A stretch of DNA of 64,000 nucleotides, from the IMG/VR virus record IMGVR_UViG_3300047287_000420, positions 1-64,000 of that record. One strand, written 5' to 3'. The notes under the pieces were generated by a model. That model saw only the letters and a program-made list of their open reading frames with translations. It was not told where the DNA came from and did not search any database. A program made the translations under genes and the position numbers. Shown one piece after another: positions 42,345 to 51,922 of this stretch (position 1 is the stretch's first letter; every line of letters begins with the position of its first letter). This DNA comes from a virus.

Positions 42345-45116
42345 ATGAAGTTCATTTGCTCTGTAAACCTCGGGGTGGTCCCTCACCTCCATCCCGAGCT
42401 GGGCAAGATCGCTGATGGTGGCAACTTCTCTGCGTTCAACTCGAACTGGGATGCCTGCGAGCTCACCACGGATGAGCTGGCTTCTGTCTTGGGTCAGCAA
42501 GCGGGCCTGTGTGCCTGGCATTTGCAGGACGGTAAACGACAGAGAAACTCAACTGGCGTTATAAAAGCTGGACTGATCATTGTCGATATTGATAACCAAG
42601 CAGACCATAAAGATCAGGACGGTAACAAAGTACAAAAGCAAGAGCTAACTGTTGAGCAAGCTCTTGAACTTGATATCTGTAAAAAATATCTAACGCTCGG
42701 GTATTATTCGCCGTCCACGCGGGAAGACTGGCCTCGCTTCCGATTGGTTTTTGGGTTAGAAACTACGGTCATCAATCCAAGTTTCTACCAGTGGTTCTGT
42801 AAGCAGATATATTCTCAGATTCCTGGTTCCGACGTTCGAGCAACAACGGTACCGAATCTTTTTTACGGACCAAAAAATAAAGAAGCTATCTTTGCAACGC
42901 CTGGTAAATACATTCCCAAGGAAAAAATCTCGGAAGCCATCAGGGCATTTGCGGCACTGCCTCCAGATGAAACTGATCTAGGTGGGGATCCCTCTGAGTT
43001 TTTAAATAAGGTAACCATCCGAGAAAACGGGATGGATCTGGAGAGGCTCGTGTCAAACACGGTCCGGTCCGTGCTGGAAGGAGAGGAGGTCGGAGATCGC
43101 AGCTCCACCATGGCTGCTGTTTTCAAGGAACTTTTAGGGTGGTCGAACTGGTGTGAGTCAAATAAAATCGCTTTATGCGTTTCACCCTTGACAGTGGCGC
43201 ATCGTGCGTTCTATAACATATATGGTTACCCGCACGACATCGATGGCAAGTTCGATCGAATCCTCAACTCCATCCGGAATCCAGAGGAATTACTACCTGC
43301 CGTAGCCCTGGCGTCGGAGCTTGGAGAGCTCGGCACTTGGAAAAAGATCAGGCGTATCAGCCGATCTGTTTTTGATACACACGCTTCTGATGAAGTCAAA
43401 GAAGCACTAGCTCAAGCAAAACGAGAAGCAGCTGTAAACGCTGTGCTCGATATGTCTGAGTTTGATCTCAGTACACCTGAGGTAACAACATCAAAATCAA
43501 CAACAAAAACTAAACAGAAAACTGAAGACATGAACACTCCTTCCACGCCCACGCAGCTTGTAAACCTTCAAGGTGGGACTAAAAACAGAGAATTCTCTGA
43601 GAACGATGTTGCTGACATCATCGTCACCAACCAGGGAGATCAATTTATATACGACAGCTATTTAGATCAGTTCTATCATTACGATGAAGATCAAGACATC
43701 TGGTATCACCAGGATGAGCAGCACATTAAGCGCAGAATCGTAAAAGCTCTTGATTCGTTCGTGACTGCTGGTGTGCTCTCAAAGTACAACGCGGCCATGA
43801 TCAACAGCGTGTTCTCGATCCTGAAAGCCAAGCTGCTCCGTTCAGCTGATGGAGGTCGTCGCAGTATCTGGACAAAAGCCCGTGGCTACATTCCTTTCCG
43901 AAACGGTGTACTAGATACAACGACTCTGGAGTTTGAAGAAGGTCGGCATAAAGAGCTTTATCTGCGTCACAAACTACCCTATGAGTACGATGCTAAAGCT
44001 CAGTGTCCTGAGTTTATGCGCTGGATCACTTCTGCGCTGGATAAAGGGCAAGAAGTTTTAATCCAGGCTTTCGCGCGAGCACTCCTGACTGGCTACACAG
44101 CTGGTGAGAGATTCCTGCATTTGGTTGGCCCTGGCGGTACAGGCAAGTCAACGATGCAGCAGCTCATGGTGGCTCTCGCTGGTTTCCACGGCACTCACAC
44201 GTCGAGCTTGGAGGTCATTGAAACTAATAAATTTGAAAGCTACAACCTGATCGGAAAGAAGCTTCTGCTCCTGACTGATGAATCCAACTACAACCGGCGG
44301 ATGGACGTCCTCAAGAAGCTGACGTCAGCTTCGGACACACTGCGTGCAGAAAGAAAGTATGGAAAAGAAATCATCAGCTTTAAACCTGAATGTTTAGTCT
44401 GTATCGCAAGTAACGAGCACATCACATCAAACGATTCGAGTAGCGGCCTGGAGCGTCGGCGCTTAACAATCGTTATGGATAAGGTCGTAGATCCCAGTCT
44501 GCGTAAAGAACTTATCAGCGTCTTCGACGATCGCATCGAAGGGGCCTTTGTTCCGGAGATGAGCGGCATTGTCACGTGGGCTTTATCAATGCCTTACGCA
44601 ACGATGAAGGATGTTCTGGCGAATCCCACGAAGCACGTTCCGTCGCTCAATAAAACAAACATCGAAGCACTCCTCTTCAACAATCAGTTTGTTGCGTGGC
44701 TGCACGATTGCTGCCTGTACGCACCCAACAGCATCGCCCCTGTGGGACAAGGTGCACGGAAGCCAAACACTGATGAAGCGGAAAAGGGTATGTATGTAGC
44801 TAATGCTTACGGTGCTCTCTATCCGAGCTATGCCAACTTCTGCAAATCATGTGGCTACAAGCCCGCCGCAAAACATCGTTTTGTTGAACGGACTAAAGAA
44901 GCTATGACGAACATTCTGAAAATACCAAACGTAAAAGTAGTGTTAAATGACGGCATTCCTGGTATAAAGGGGCTTCGGATCAAAGCTTTTGACTTACAAT
45001 CCGATCGCGCAGCTAAAGGACCTGATCGACTGCCCTCACCCGTGGAGTTCGCTCAGGACATGAACAGCACTCGTTGGGACACAGCTTTCCAAAAACATGA
45101 CCCGGTCAAACCCTAA
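42345..45116 (+). CDS. Primase-polymerase fused to a D5-like SF3 helicase
   Basis: VDIDN, YSPS...RFRLVF in the N-terminal part. IPFRNG, GPGGTGKST, LTDE, ASNE, RR in the helicase part. Confidence 0.9.
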   Translation: MKFICSVNLGVVPHLHPELGKIADGGNFSAFNSNWDACELTTDELASVLGQQAGLCAWHLQDGKRQRNSTGVIKAGLIIVDIDNQADHKDQDGNKVQKQELTVEQALELDICKKYLTLGYYSPSTREDWPRFRLVFGLETTVINPSFYQWFCKQIYSQIPGSDVRATTVPNLFYGPKNKEAIFATPGKYIPKEKISEAIRAFAALPPDETDLGGDPSEFLNKVTIRENGMDLERLVSNTVRSVLEGEEVGDRSSTMAAVFKELLGWSNWCESNKIALCVSPLTVAHRAFYNIYGYPHDIDGKFDRILNSIRNPEELLPAVALASELGELGTWKKIRRISRSVFDTHASDEVKEALAQAKREAAVNAVLDMSEFDLSTPEVTTSKSTTKTKQKTEDMNTPSTPTQLVNLQGGTKNREFSENDVADIIVTNQGDQFIYDSYLDQFYHYDEDQDIWYHQDEQHIKRRIVKALDSFVTAGVLSKYNAAMINSVFSILKAKLLRSADGGRRSIWTKARGYIPFRNGVLDTTTLEFEEGRHKELYLRHKLPYEYDAKAQCPEFMRWITSALDKGQEVLIQAFARALLTGYTAGERFLHLVGPGGTGKSTMQQLMVALAGFHGTHTSSLEVIETNKFESYNLIGKKLLLLTDESNYNRRMDVLKKLTSASDTLRAERKYGKEIISFKPECLVCIASNEHITSNDSSSGLERRRLTIVMDKVVDPSLRKELISVFDDRIEGAFVPEMSGIVTWALSMPYATMKDVLANPTKHVPSLNKTNIEALLFNNQFVAWLHDCCLYAPNSIAPVGQGARKPNTDEAEKGMYVANAYGALYPSYANFCKSCGYKPAAKHRFVERTKEAMTNILKIPNVKVVLNDGIPGIKGLRIKAFDLQSDRAAKGPDRLPSPVEFAQDMNSTRWDTAFQKHDPVKP

Positions 45117-45666
45117 TCTGGCGATCGCCCTGGCTGCTACTGCTGCAGTTGGGATTACCACAGCGATCACGGCTCCTCAGTTTGTCGGAGCTTCTCTGGC
45201 TTTTGCTGGTGGTTTAATCGGCGGTGCTGGGCTGGGGCGCGAACGTGTGCTCCGCAAGCAACGTACTGACGAAGTTGCAACACGAGTGACGTCTTGCTTC
45301 ACTGCCTTGTACGAAGCAAATCGAGGGGTCGTTGATCCTGCTCAGCTTGGACTTCTCGCAAACATCCCTGGAGATCGAGCTCACGCATTCTTGAACGATC
45401 TGGCTGAAACCACGAACGGTCAAAAAATTACAGTACGGCAGGGTGGCGGCGTTATCTTTGCTTTCCCGCATTCCCAATCAGCACTCGATGAGCTGACTGC
45501 GAATGCCCGGAAGTGGGCAGAGGCACAAACACAACAGCTGGCTGCGGAGTTAAACCAACACAAACAAGCTCTGCAGTACATGCAACTTCAACAGGCAGCG
45601 GCAACAGCTCCTAAGTCTCCAGCTCCCATTAGTGAAATAAGTCCTTGGGAGAATGTAAATCCTTAA
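45097..45666 (+). CDS. Membrane protein (two N-terminal TM segments)
   Basis: Hydrophobic Ala/Gly hairpin, coiled-coil tail. Confidence 0.65.
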   Translation: MTRSNPNLAIALAATAAVGITTAITAPQFVGASLAFAGGLIGGAGLGRERVLRKQRTDEVATRVTSCFTALYEANRGVVDPAQLGLLANIPGDRAHAFLNDLAETTNGQKITVRQGGGVIFAFPHSQSALDELTANARKWAEAQTQQLAAELNQHKQALQYMQLQQAAATAPKSPAPISEISPWENVNP

Positions 45667-45767
45667 AACCACTAACATTTTTGTGCAGAGCGGATCTGAC
45701 AAACACATTTTTTTGAAAACAAACTTGTTTTTAGACATACCCTTAGCTCTACACACTTCTCTTTCTC

Positions 45768-46022
45768 ATGACTGACTCTCGCTACCCGTACACATACTCT
45801 TGCGATTTCATCAGAAGCCTTGGCCCCGTCTCAACTGGCGGAGTTGTCTTGAGCCGCTCCGACGCTTCGCAGATCCGCCAAGGCATTGCCAAGGCTTTGG
45901 GCATTGAAGACGACGAGTTAGCACGCAAACTGGCTGATGCGCAGCTTGAGAACCAATCCGACCCTGCAGAAGCGAAGCGCCAGGCAGAGCGTCTTCTTCT
46001 TGCTTGCGGGTACACCCAGTAG
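45768..46022 (+). CDS. Hypothetical protein
   Basis: RYPYTY.CD.IR...LSRSDAS motif. Confidence 0.65.
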   Translation: MTDSRYPYTYSCDFIRSLGPVSTGGVVLSRSDASQIRQGIAKALGIEDDELARKLADAQLENQSDPAEAKRQAERLLLACGYTQ

Positions 46023-46036
46023 TCAACATCACTTCT

Positions 46037-46234
46037 ATGACCGAACTTTCACCCGCCGCTGAAGCCGTCCTCGATGCGGCGTTGCCTCACGTGGTTCACC
46101 GCTACTCCGTCGCCGCCGCCCTGCGTGCTGCTGCGGATCAAGGAGAGATTTTATTTGATGCGTATGACAGCCCGGTCCAGGCTGTGACTGTCGATGATCT
46201 CCTGGCCATCGCTGACGAGCTTGAAGCCCAGTAG
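46037..46234 (+). CDS. Cyanophage-type small protein
   Basis: LSPAAEAVLDAA...VAAALRAAADQ...LLAIADELE. Start moved to the ATG. Confidence 0.7.
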   Translation: MTELSPAAEAVLDAALPHVVHRYSVAAALRAAADQGEILFDAYDSPVQAVTVDDLLAIADELEAQ

Positions 46235-46388
46235 TCCGATCAACTAACCATTTTGTTGGTGTCACCAAAAAGGTCCCCTGCTACACTCAATCTCGATAGA
46301 GCCTGAGCCCCTGTTCCGTCCTTATGAGGCGGTTCACGCTCAGGCCATCAACAATCTCAATGTTTACCGTTTATAAAGAACTCAACTA

Positions 46389-46634
46389 ATGGCAAAAGGA
46401 CTTTCAGCTGACGCATACGCTGTAATCAAAAAAGCTCATGAAGTTGATTGGTGCAATAAAAAGGCTATAGCTGCTGTCCTCCGAGAAGTGGCTTACAGGC
46501 TGAGCTTCGGCCACGCCACAGGTGACGGAATCATCTGCGAAGACGATCTGCGAGCCTTGGCTAATGAACTTGATTCTTACGAAGAGCTAATTGACGTAAC
46601 CCCAGTAAACAAAGCTACTGAGGAAGATACCTAA
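46389..46634 (+). CDS. Small protein, paralogue of 46037-46234
   Basis: LSADAYAV...IAAVLREVA...LRALANELD. Confidence 0.65.
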   Translation: MAKGLSADAYAVIKKAHEVDWCNKKAIAAVLREVAYRLSFGHATGDGIICEDDLRALANELDSYEELIDVTPVNKATEEDT

Positions 46635-47313
46635 GGAAATCCCAACCCTTAAGGGATGGATCTTCGGACGCCCTAACTGCTTTCACAACAGTAGGAAGCT
46701 CGCGGGCAAGGCGGTAACCAATCGATCTAGCAATCTGGCGGTGCTCAGCCTGAGTATCATCCTTGCCGCGTAAACCAACATAATGCAGGAAACTACGCAC
46801 AGTGCCACTCATGTGCATACGAGTGGGTGTGTACAAGGGCAAAACATTCCTTGCGCACTCACGGGCCACGCCGGCATCGAGCATCTCCTTATACAGCCCC
46901 TGGATCTGATTATCGACGATCTCAAGTCGCTCCCAGAACGACTCGCACATATAAACCGGCAGCCGGTCCACGCTGCTCTGACGGTTCTTAGAAGCTTGGA
47001 ACCTCAGCTCAAACTGAAAGGGTTTCTCTTCTAAATCGAGTGTTTCGTTAGGCTCACAGTAACGCTGAGACAGTTCTTGAAATACAAAGCTCCTGTGCCT
47101 CAAGACTTGAGGTGAGATAGCTCGAGTTGTACTGATCTCAAAGCTGGCCGAAGCTTGCTCGAATACACTATGATGTCCATGTTTGATACAGTATACTAAA
47201 AGTTTTTCATACTCTTCACGATCAGGGTTTTTTGTGGAAACTCTAGCGTGTCGCGCAATTACTCGTTCTGCTTCTGGAGTTATCCAATCTAATTGAGCAG
47301 TATGGAGTTGCAT
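46615..47313 (-). CDS. thyX: FAD-dependent thymidylate synthase
   Basis: HGHHSVFE, LRHRSFVFQELSQRY, ECARNVLP, TQAEH. Confidence 0.95.
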   Translation of the reverse strand: MQLHTAQLDWITPEAERVIARHARVSTKNPDREEYEKLLVYCIKHGHHSVFEQASASFEISTTRAISPQVLRHRSFVFQELSQRYCEPNETLDLEEKPFQFELRFQASKNRQSSVDRLPVYMCESFWERLEIVDNQIQGLYKEMLDAGVARECARNVLPLYTPTRMHMSGTVRSFLHYVGLRGKDDTQAEHRQIARSIGYRLARELPTVVKAVRASEDPSLKGWDFLRYLPQ

Positions 47314-47338
47314 GAGTTGTTTGTACAGATGTGTGGGT

Positions 47339-47914
47339 CTATTGTAGTGCGTCTATATCGATCCAGTTAGCATCCCAAGCGTCTTCGGAAAAATATTGAA
47401 GCACACCTGCCCACCGGGCTTCGGCCGCTTCCCGAAGAGTCAAATATGTCCCTAAATGATATGTAATACGATTTACTTTTATAGTAACTTTGTACCTCTT
47501 CTCTCTTTTATTCCAATACACACCGCGCACACCAGTCTTATTATTTTTATTGTGTTTTCTATTTTGCATTTGTATACCTTTTGTAGAAACTCTTAAATTG
47601 TCTAGCGCGTTATATAACGAGTTAACGTTTATGTGATCTATCTCAAGAGGGTATGAATCAATTTTATTAGACATAAAATAAATAACTCGTGCGACATTTA
47701 ATCTTTTATTGTCTGCGGTTACGTACCACTTAGCATGTCCGTGGGCGTTAGTACTTATAGACCCAGCCCAATCCCCTGCTTTTATTCGATTACTTGTACT
47801 AACTCTCCATTTCAAGCCTGATTCTTTATCAACTTTCAAAAGGCAAGGTCGAGAAACTTTAAAAAGCTCGTGACATCTCTCGTAACTAATGCCTAGAGGC
47901 TTGATACCTGCCAT
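47339..47914 (-). CDS. HNH-AP2 homing endonuclease
   Basis: IDHIN...N...NLR, NNKTGVRGVYW...HLGTY..LREAAEAR. AT-rich relative to flanks. Confidence 0.85.
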   Translation of the reverse strand: MAGIKPLGISYERCHELFKVSRPCLLKVDKESGLKWRVSTSNRIKAGDWAGSISTNAHGHAKWYVTADNKRLNVARVIYFMSNKIDSYPLEIDHINVNSLYNALDNLRVSTKGIQMQNRKHNKNNKTGVRGVYWNKREKRYKVTIKVNRITYHLGTYLTLREAAEARWAGVLQYFSEDAWDANWIDIDALQ

Positions 47915-47944
47915 CTAAAGCCTGCAAGAAGCAGTTCGACTATA

Positions 47945-48082
47945 TCAGCTCTTAGGAAAAGCCTGTTGATACCTGAGACGAGCAGTAATCTCGCTCGGGT
48001 TCGATACCATTCGAGCGAGGTCAGCAGGTCCCAAACCGAGACGCATCCCAGCCATGCGAACCTTATCAGCATCCTGGTGCAT
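47945..48082 (-). CDS. 45-aa hypothetical protein
   Basis: Not in the track. TGATG coupling with 48082-48597. Confidence 0.5.
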   Translation of the reverse strand: MHQDADKVRMAGMRLGLGPADLARMVSNPSEITARLRYQQAFPKS

Positions 48083-48597
48083 CATTTTTTAATTTTGACA
48101 GGGAGCTGAAGAGGTAAGGTTCCTGCTGTGTTGAGATTCTGCGGGATCATCGCCATCGTCGGATCCATCGCATTCAGGAAGTTCTGCTGCGGAACCGTCG
48201 TCAGAATCTTCAACTTATTACGCATCTCAGGGTTCAAGGTGTTCTGGGTTTTCACCAGGTATTCACCCTTGCTCATATCAGCAGGCCGCTCCGGGATCAC
48301 TAAGTTATCCCTGTGGTTGTAACCAGCAGGCCCTGTCAACTGCTGGCTAGGAACGATATTGCTGGCCTGGACATCTGTAGGTCCCACGGGCTCCCGTGCG
48401 TACTCTCCAATATCGTGCTGATACTGAGAATATACTCGGTTGATGTTGTCTAAACCGGTTGCCCGGTTCAGCTCAATCATCTCAGGAGTGTTCTGATACA
48501 GCGAGGGGTTACCTGTAGCCAAGCTACCGAGTGGTTTCACTCGAGCAGCCATAGGGCCTAAGCCACCGGGGCGCTGTAAGAAGTTTTGGCCGTTCAT
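48082..48597 (-). CDS. Hypothetical protein (Pro/Gln/Asn-rich, putative virion)
   Basis: 171 aa ORF. Confidence 0.6.
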   Translation of the reverse strand: MNGQNFLQRPGGLGPMAARVKPLGSLATGNPSLYQNTPEMIELNRATGLDNINRVYSQYQHDIGEYAREPVGPTDVQASNIVPSQQLTGPAGYNHRDNLVIPERPADMSKGEYLVKTQNTLNPEMRNKLKILTTVPQQNFLNAMDPTMAMIPQNLNTAGTLPLQLPVKIKK

Positions 48598-48611
48598 AGT
48601 TTTATCTTAGC

Positions 48612-48845
48612 TCAATCAGGTTTCCTAGATCTATTTCTCGAAGCGTCCATTACCCTTAAGTTAGAGGGCGAATTGTTGTGCGGGTTCCGATCTTTATGGT
48701 CGACATCTTTACCATCACCTTTATGGACCCGACCTTCGCGTTCCATAAAGCGCCGCGCTTTATTTCTAGCTGCACGGCGCTTCTTTACTTTCTCGGTACC
48801 ATCGTAGTTACGGTACTCTTCCTTATAGTCTCTCTTATACGCCAT
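48612..48845 (-). CDS. Small HNH protein
   Basis: RDYKEEY...RAARNKARR...KGDGKDVDHKD.N..NN..SNLRV.....NRSR. Confidence 0.85.
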   Translation of the reverse strand: MAYKRDYKEEYRNYDGTEKVKKRRAARNKARRFMEREGRVHKGDGKDVDHKDRNPHNNSPSNLRVMDASRNRSRKPD

Positions 48846-48860
48846 CAGCTGACTAAGTTT

Positions 48861-49100
48861 TTACAATTCTAAGCCAGCACGGAACAACTCAGCTACTTCC
48901 ATGCCCCGCATGGTAACCAGGTGCCGAGCAAACTCAGCCAAATCGGACTGAAAACGCTGGAAGAGCCCGGAGTACAGACCGTTATTACAGCCATAGAACT
49001 CATAAAGCGCATCTAAGAAATCTGCCTTGCTTTGCTCATCAGTAACACTCCAGTTATCCAGAATCTTCTGATAATCGAACTCAGCGCCGACAGAAACCAT
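48861..49100 (-). CDS. Hypothetical protein
   Basis: ORF track. Confidence 0.55.
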   Translation of the reverse strand: MVSVGAEFDYQKILDNWSVTDEQSKADFLDALYEFYGCNNGLYSGLFQRFQSDLAEFARHLVTMRGMEVAELFRAGLEL

Positions 49101-49129
49101 GGCTCGAGGGAGAGAGTACGAAGTCTACC

Positions 49130-50365
49130 TCAGCTAGCCAGGATTACCCAGCCACTCTTAGGCCCTTCGACAAGGAATCGAGGTCCCAAGTTTTTCTTGG
49201 AATACAAGCGGTACTTCCCATCAGTAGAAACGTAAGACCCACCAATCAGATCGAGATCGCCGAAAGGATCATGCACCCAGAGTTTCTGGCGGTCTGCGGT
49301 GATGCCCACGCAGCAGATCCAGTGGCCGCCTCCAACAGGATTGGAGACCGGACCTTTGTGGAGGATGCCCATCGGAACAGGGATGCCTCGCTTGAGTTGT
49401 TGCTCGACGGTATCCCAGCTCGCATTCTGGACAAACTTAGCGTCGACACCAAAGTGCTTCAGAGTGTCCAGCTGAGCTGTAGCCGATGTGGTATCACCGT
49501 ACTTATACACCTCATTAATGTACTCATCGTCAGTCTCAATTGCGTCAGGATCGAGAGCCGCCAGGAGCATCGCACAACTGCTAGAGAAGCAGGTGCGCAT
49601 GGGATCTTTCTTGTTATCTCGTTGAGAGAAGTAGGGAACAACTAGTTTGATCTCACCGTCTGTCTTAGGTGGTGTCTCCTGCGTCTCTAAGTCGTTAATA
49701 ATCTTCCAGTGATCCGGGAAGAACCACCATTCAACTTCCGGTTGCTTTTCTAAAAGCACTCGTTGGTGGGCCTCGCCGGCATACATCCTGATTTCAGTCC
49801 ACTGCCACGCGCTGCCCTTAGGGACAAAAAGCTTCTCCTCAGCCTTCAGGGTGCTGGAGTCAACAGGGTGACGCTTGAGCCAAGTATCACGCTTCGCAAG
49901 GAGAGACTTAGCCAAGAGAGGATGCTTCACCTTCTCTAAGAATAACTTTTTCTCCTCTTCCCGGCGCCTAACCAGGCCAGGGACAGCTTCATCACTGCCG
50001 GCTTTGACCCATCTGGCGAATTCACCTGCTACGACCTTGCGATCAGCTCCATGATTAAGCAGACGCAGCATTGTGCTGTTGACGAACGCTGTCGGCCCGA
50101 CATTAAACGTAAAAGAAACTAGTGCATCATATTCATTCTGATTAAGTTTTACGCTTACAAAACTACTGACTGTCTGCTGCGCACTCTCGGTGTCGGCCCA
50201 CAGCAGACGCTCAGCTTCCTCTTCGGTGATGCGCATTCCTGGTTGCACATCAGAACCAGTATGCCCATAGCCGATAGTCAATACACCGGCAGGACAGACA
50301 TAGGCTGTCAGCCGAATACCTTCAAACTTTTTGATTAAATCTATCCCCTTCTGCGAAATACGCAT
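49130..50365 (-). CDS. Endolysin: GH24 lysozyme plus C39-like peptidase
   Basis: FEG..L.AY.C.AGV.TIGYGHT, QNEYDALVSF.FNVG, GLVRRR. Then VPYFSQRDN, CFSSSCAM, GHW, VHDPFG. Confidence 0.92.
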   Translation of the reverse strand: MRISQKGIDLIKKFEGIRLTAYVCPAGVLTIGYGHTGSDVQPGMRITEEEAERLLWADTESAQQTVSSFVSVKLNQNEYDALVSFTFNVGPTAFVNSTMLRLLNHGADRKVVAGEFARWVKAGSDEAVPGLVRRREEEKKLFLEKVKHPLLAKSLLAKRDTWLKRHPVDSSTLKAEEKLFVPKGSAWQWTEIRMYAGEAHQRVLLEKQPEVEWWFFPDHWKIINDLETQETPPKTDGEIKLVVPYFSQRDNKKDPMRTCFSSSCAMLLAALDPDAIETDDEYINEVYKYGDTTSATAQLDTLKHFGVDAKFVQNASWDTVEQQLKRGIPVPMGILHKGPVSNPVGGGHWICCVGITADRQKLWVHDPFGDLDLIGGSYVSTDGKYRLYSKKNLGPRFLVEGPKSGWVILAS

Positions 50366-50427
50366 TTGTCAAAATCTGCCTGTATTTACTCTGGCAGAGT
50401 TTGACAATATGCGGCGTGAAATTTTAA

Positions 50428-50826
50428 TTAAGCGGCTGTAATTGTAACCCGGTACTCAGTCTCACTACGACCGGTACGGAACACATAGAGAGTAGCGGTG
50501 TCGCCGTTGGTGACGCTATAAGTGAAGCTAGAGCTGCTGCGACGGGTGATCTTAGGGGCCTCAGCTGTGCCTGCCACGGTGCCGTCAGCTTTATAGACTT
50601 CCACTTTTTTCACAGCAAAAGCTTCAGCATCTAAGGTGATAGTCGCGGTGCCAGAGGTACCGAAAGTCAGGCTAAAAACGTCTGCCAGACCTAAGCCGCC
50701 ATCACCAGCAAAAGAGCGGTAGTTGCCGATGGTGACGTTATTACCGTTCAGAGTGCGAAACTGGCCAAAACGAGTAATCCCTTCAGGGGCGACTCCCGTC
50801 TCACGATTGAAGGTAACTTCGGCCAT
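50428..50826 (-). CDS. Small beta-sandwich protein, putative virion component
   Basis: Thr/Gly-rich, beta-strand pattern. Confidence 0.6.
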   Translation of the reverse strand: MAEVTFNRETGVAPEGITRFGQFRTLNGNNVTIGNYRSFAGDGGLGLADVFSLTFGTSGTATITLDAEAFAVKKVEVYKADGTVAGTAEAPKITRRSSSSFTYSVTNGDTATLYVFRTGRSETEYRVTITAA

Positions 50827-50865
50827 GGCTAAATTGGAGACACCTCGATATAAAGATTCTAAGGT

Positions 50866-51213
50866 ATGTATAACAAAGTAAACGCACTTATCTACGAGCT
50901 GATTACCTTCTTATGTAGGTTTTATCCACTAAAACAAAAACCTTGGATCAGACGAATACTGGATTACTGCCGCCCAGATTGGGCTGCTTTTAGAGCTGAA
51001 GTTGCGATTAAAGAAGTCGACAAGCAAGTAGAAGCGCTCCACGAAGCGTGGGATAAGGAAGAAAAAGAAAAACAGAAGCCTATCTACACCGAACTTCCGC
51101 CAGACGGAACTAAGGCGCAAGAGCTCTTAGGTGGTGAGATGCGACTCAGCGCCCCTTGGACTGTTGAGACTTCTGATAAGACTGAGCCTTCTTCTTCGCA
51201 CGAACGCAATTAG
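50866..51213 (+). CDS. Hypothetical protein
   Basis: Divergent from 50826, AQELLGGEMRL motif. Confidence 0.6.
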   Translation: MYNKVNALIYELITFLCRFYPLKQKPWIRRILDYCRPDWAAFRAEVAIKEVDKQVEALHEAWDKEEKEKQKPIYTELPPDGTKAQELLGGEMRLSAPWTVETSDKTEPSSSHERN

Positions 51214-51286
51214 GTACGTTCCGGCCGTCCTTCTTTTTGTAGCCTTCCTGAACGTAACCGTCCCAACAGGGTCCTTGCTTAACCAT
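51146..51286 (-). CDS. 46-aa basic protein with a PCW.GY...G.K.K.G..VPNCV motif
   Basis: Not in the track: MVKQGPCWDGYVQEGYKKKDGRNVPNCVRAKKK... Confidence 0.65.
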   Translation of the reverse strand: MVKQGPCWDGYVQEGYKKKDGRNVPNCVRAKKKAQSYQKSQQSKGR

Positions 51287-51494
51287 TGTTCTTAGATTGC
51301 TTGTAGGCACGAGCTTTTCGACCAGCCCGCTTGGCCGCTTCCGTGTTTGCGACCTGAGTGTTCACGGGCTTGCCACGGGTGGCTTGTTTTTTCTTCTCGT
51401 CGGTCGCACGACGCTCTTCCGGGGACAGCGACGCCCAAGCTGCCCGAGGTAAATACCGCTCAGTACGGCCTTTTTCGCGTGCTAGGTCAGCCAT
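51279..51494 (-). CDS. Small basic protein (RYLP motif, DUF5872-associated)
   Basis: ERYLPRAAWASLSPEERRATDEKK. Confidence 0.65.
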   Translation of the reverse strand: MADLAREKGRTERYLPRAAWASLSPEERRATDEKKKQATRGKPVNTQVANTEAAKRAGRKARAYKQSKNNG

Positions 51495-51922
51495 TACTGG
51501 ATCGGGCCTCCATAAAGCCAGGCGTCACAGCTTCGTTTAGCTGCGCACTTGAACTTGAAAAGCTGGCAGTAACCTAAGTCGGCTAACTCCAGAACATCAC
51601 GCGGATCCGCTGCGTTTGTTTCGTTTATACCTTTAAGTATGCACTGTTGGATTTGTGGCGACTGATCAAACGCCGCGCAGTTACCGCAGAGGGCCGACTT
51701 TGCGTGCTCGATATCTGTATTCCACAGGTCAGCTTTGTGCTCCCAGAAACCAGGATCCGGATAATCTGGGTTCAGAGGCCCGTAAGCAAACTTATCAATA
51801 GTCCAGTTACGATTTTCTGTGTTCTCCTCAACGTCTAACGTTGCCGTAGGGCAGCTGGGAGACTTTGAAGTAATTTCTTTTTCAAGAAATACCTGAGAGC
51901 GAATAGGAGTACTTGGTTCCAT
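51494..51922 (-). CDS. Cys-rich conserved phage protein
   Basis: CP.AT.D...N..NR, YGPLNP, CGNCAAFD, LGYC.LFKFKCAA.RSCDAW..GGP. Confidence 0.75.
   Translation of the reverse strand: MEPSTPIRSQVFLEKEITSKSPSCPTATLDVEENTENRNWTIDKFAYGPLNPDYPDPGFWEHKADLWNTDIEHAKSALCGNCAAFDQSPQIQQCILKGINETNAADPRDVLELADLGYCQLFKFKCAAKRSCDAWLYGGPIQ

Noticed and set aside
13939-45128. HIP1 (GCGATCGC) enrichment as a host marker
   Set aside because: Only two copies were noticed (~13939 and 45121), close to chance.
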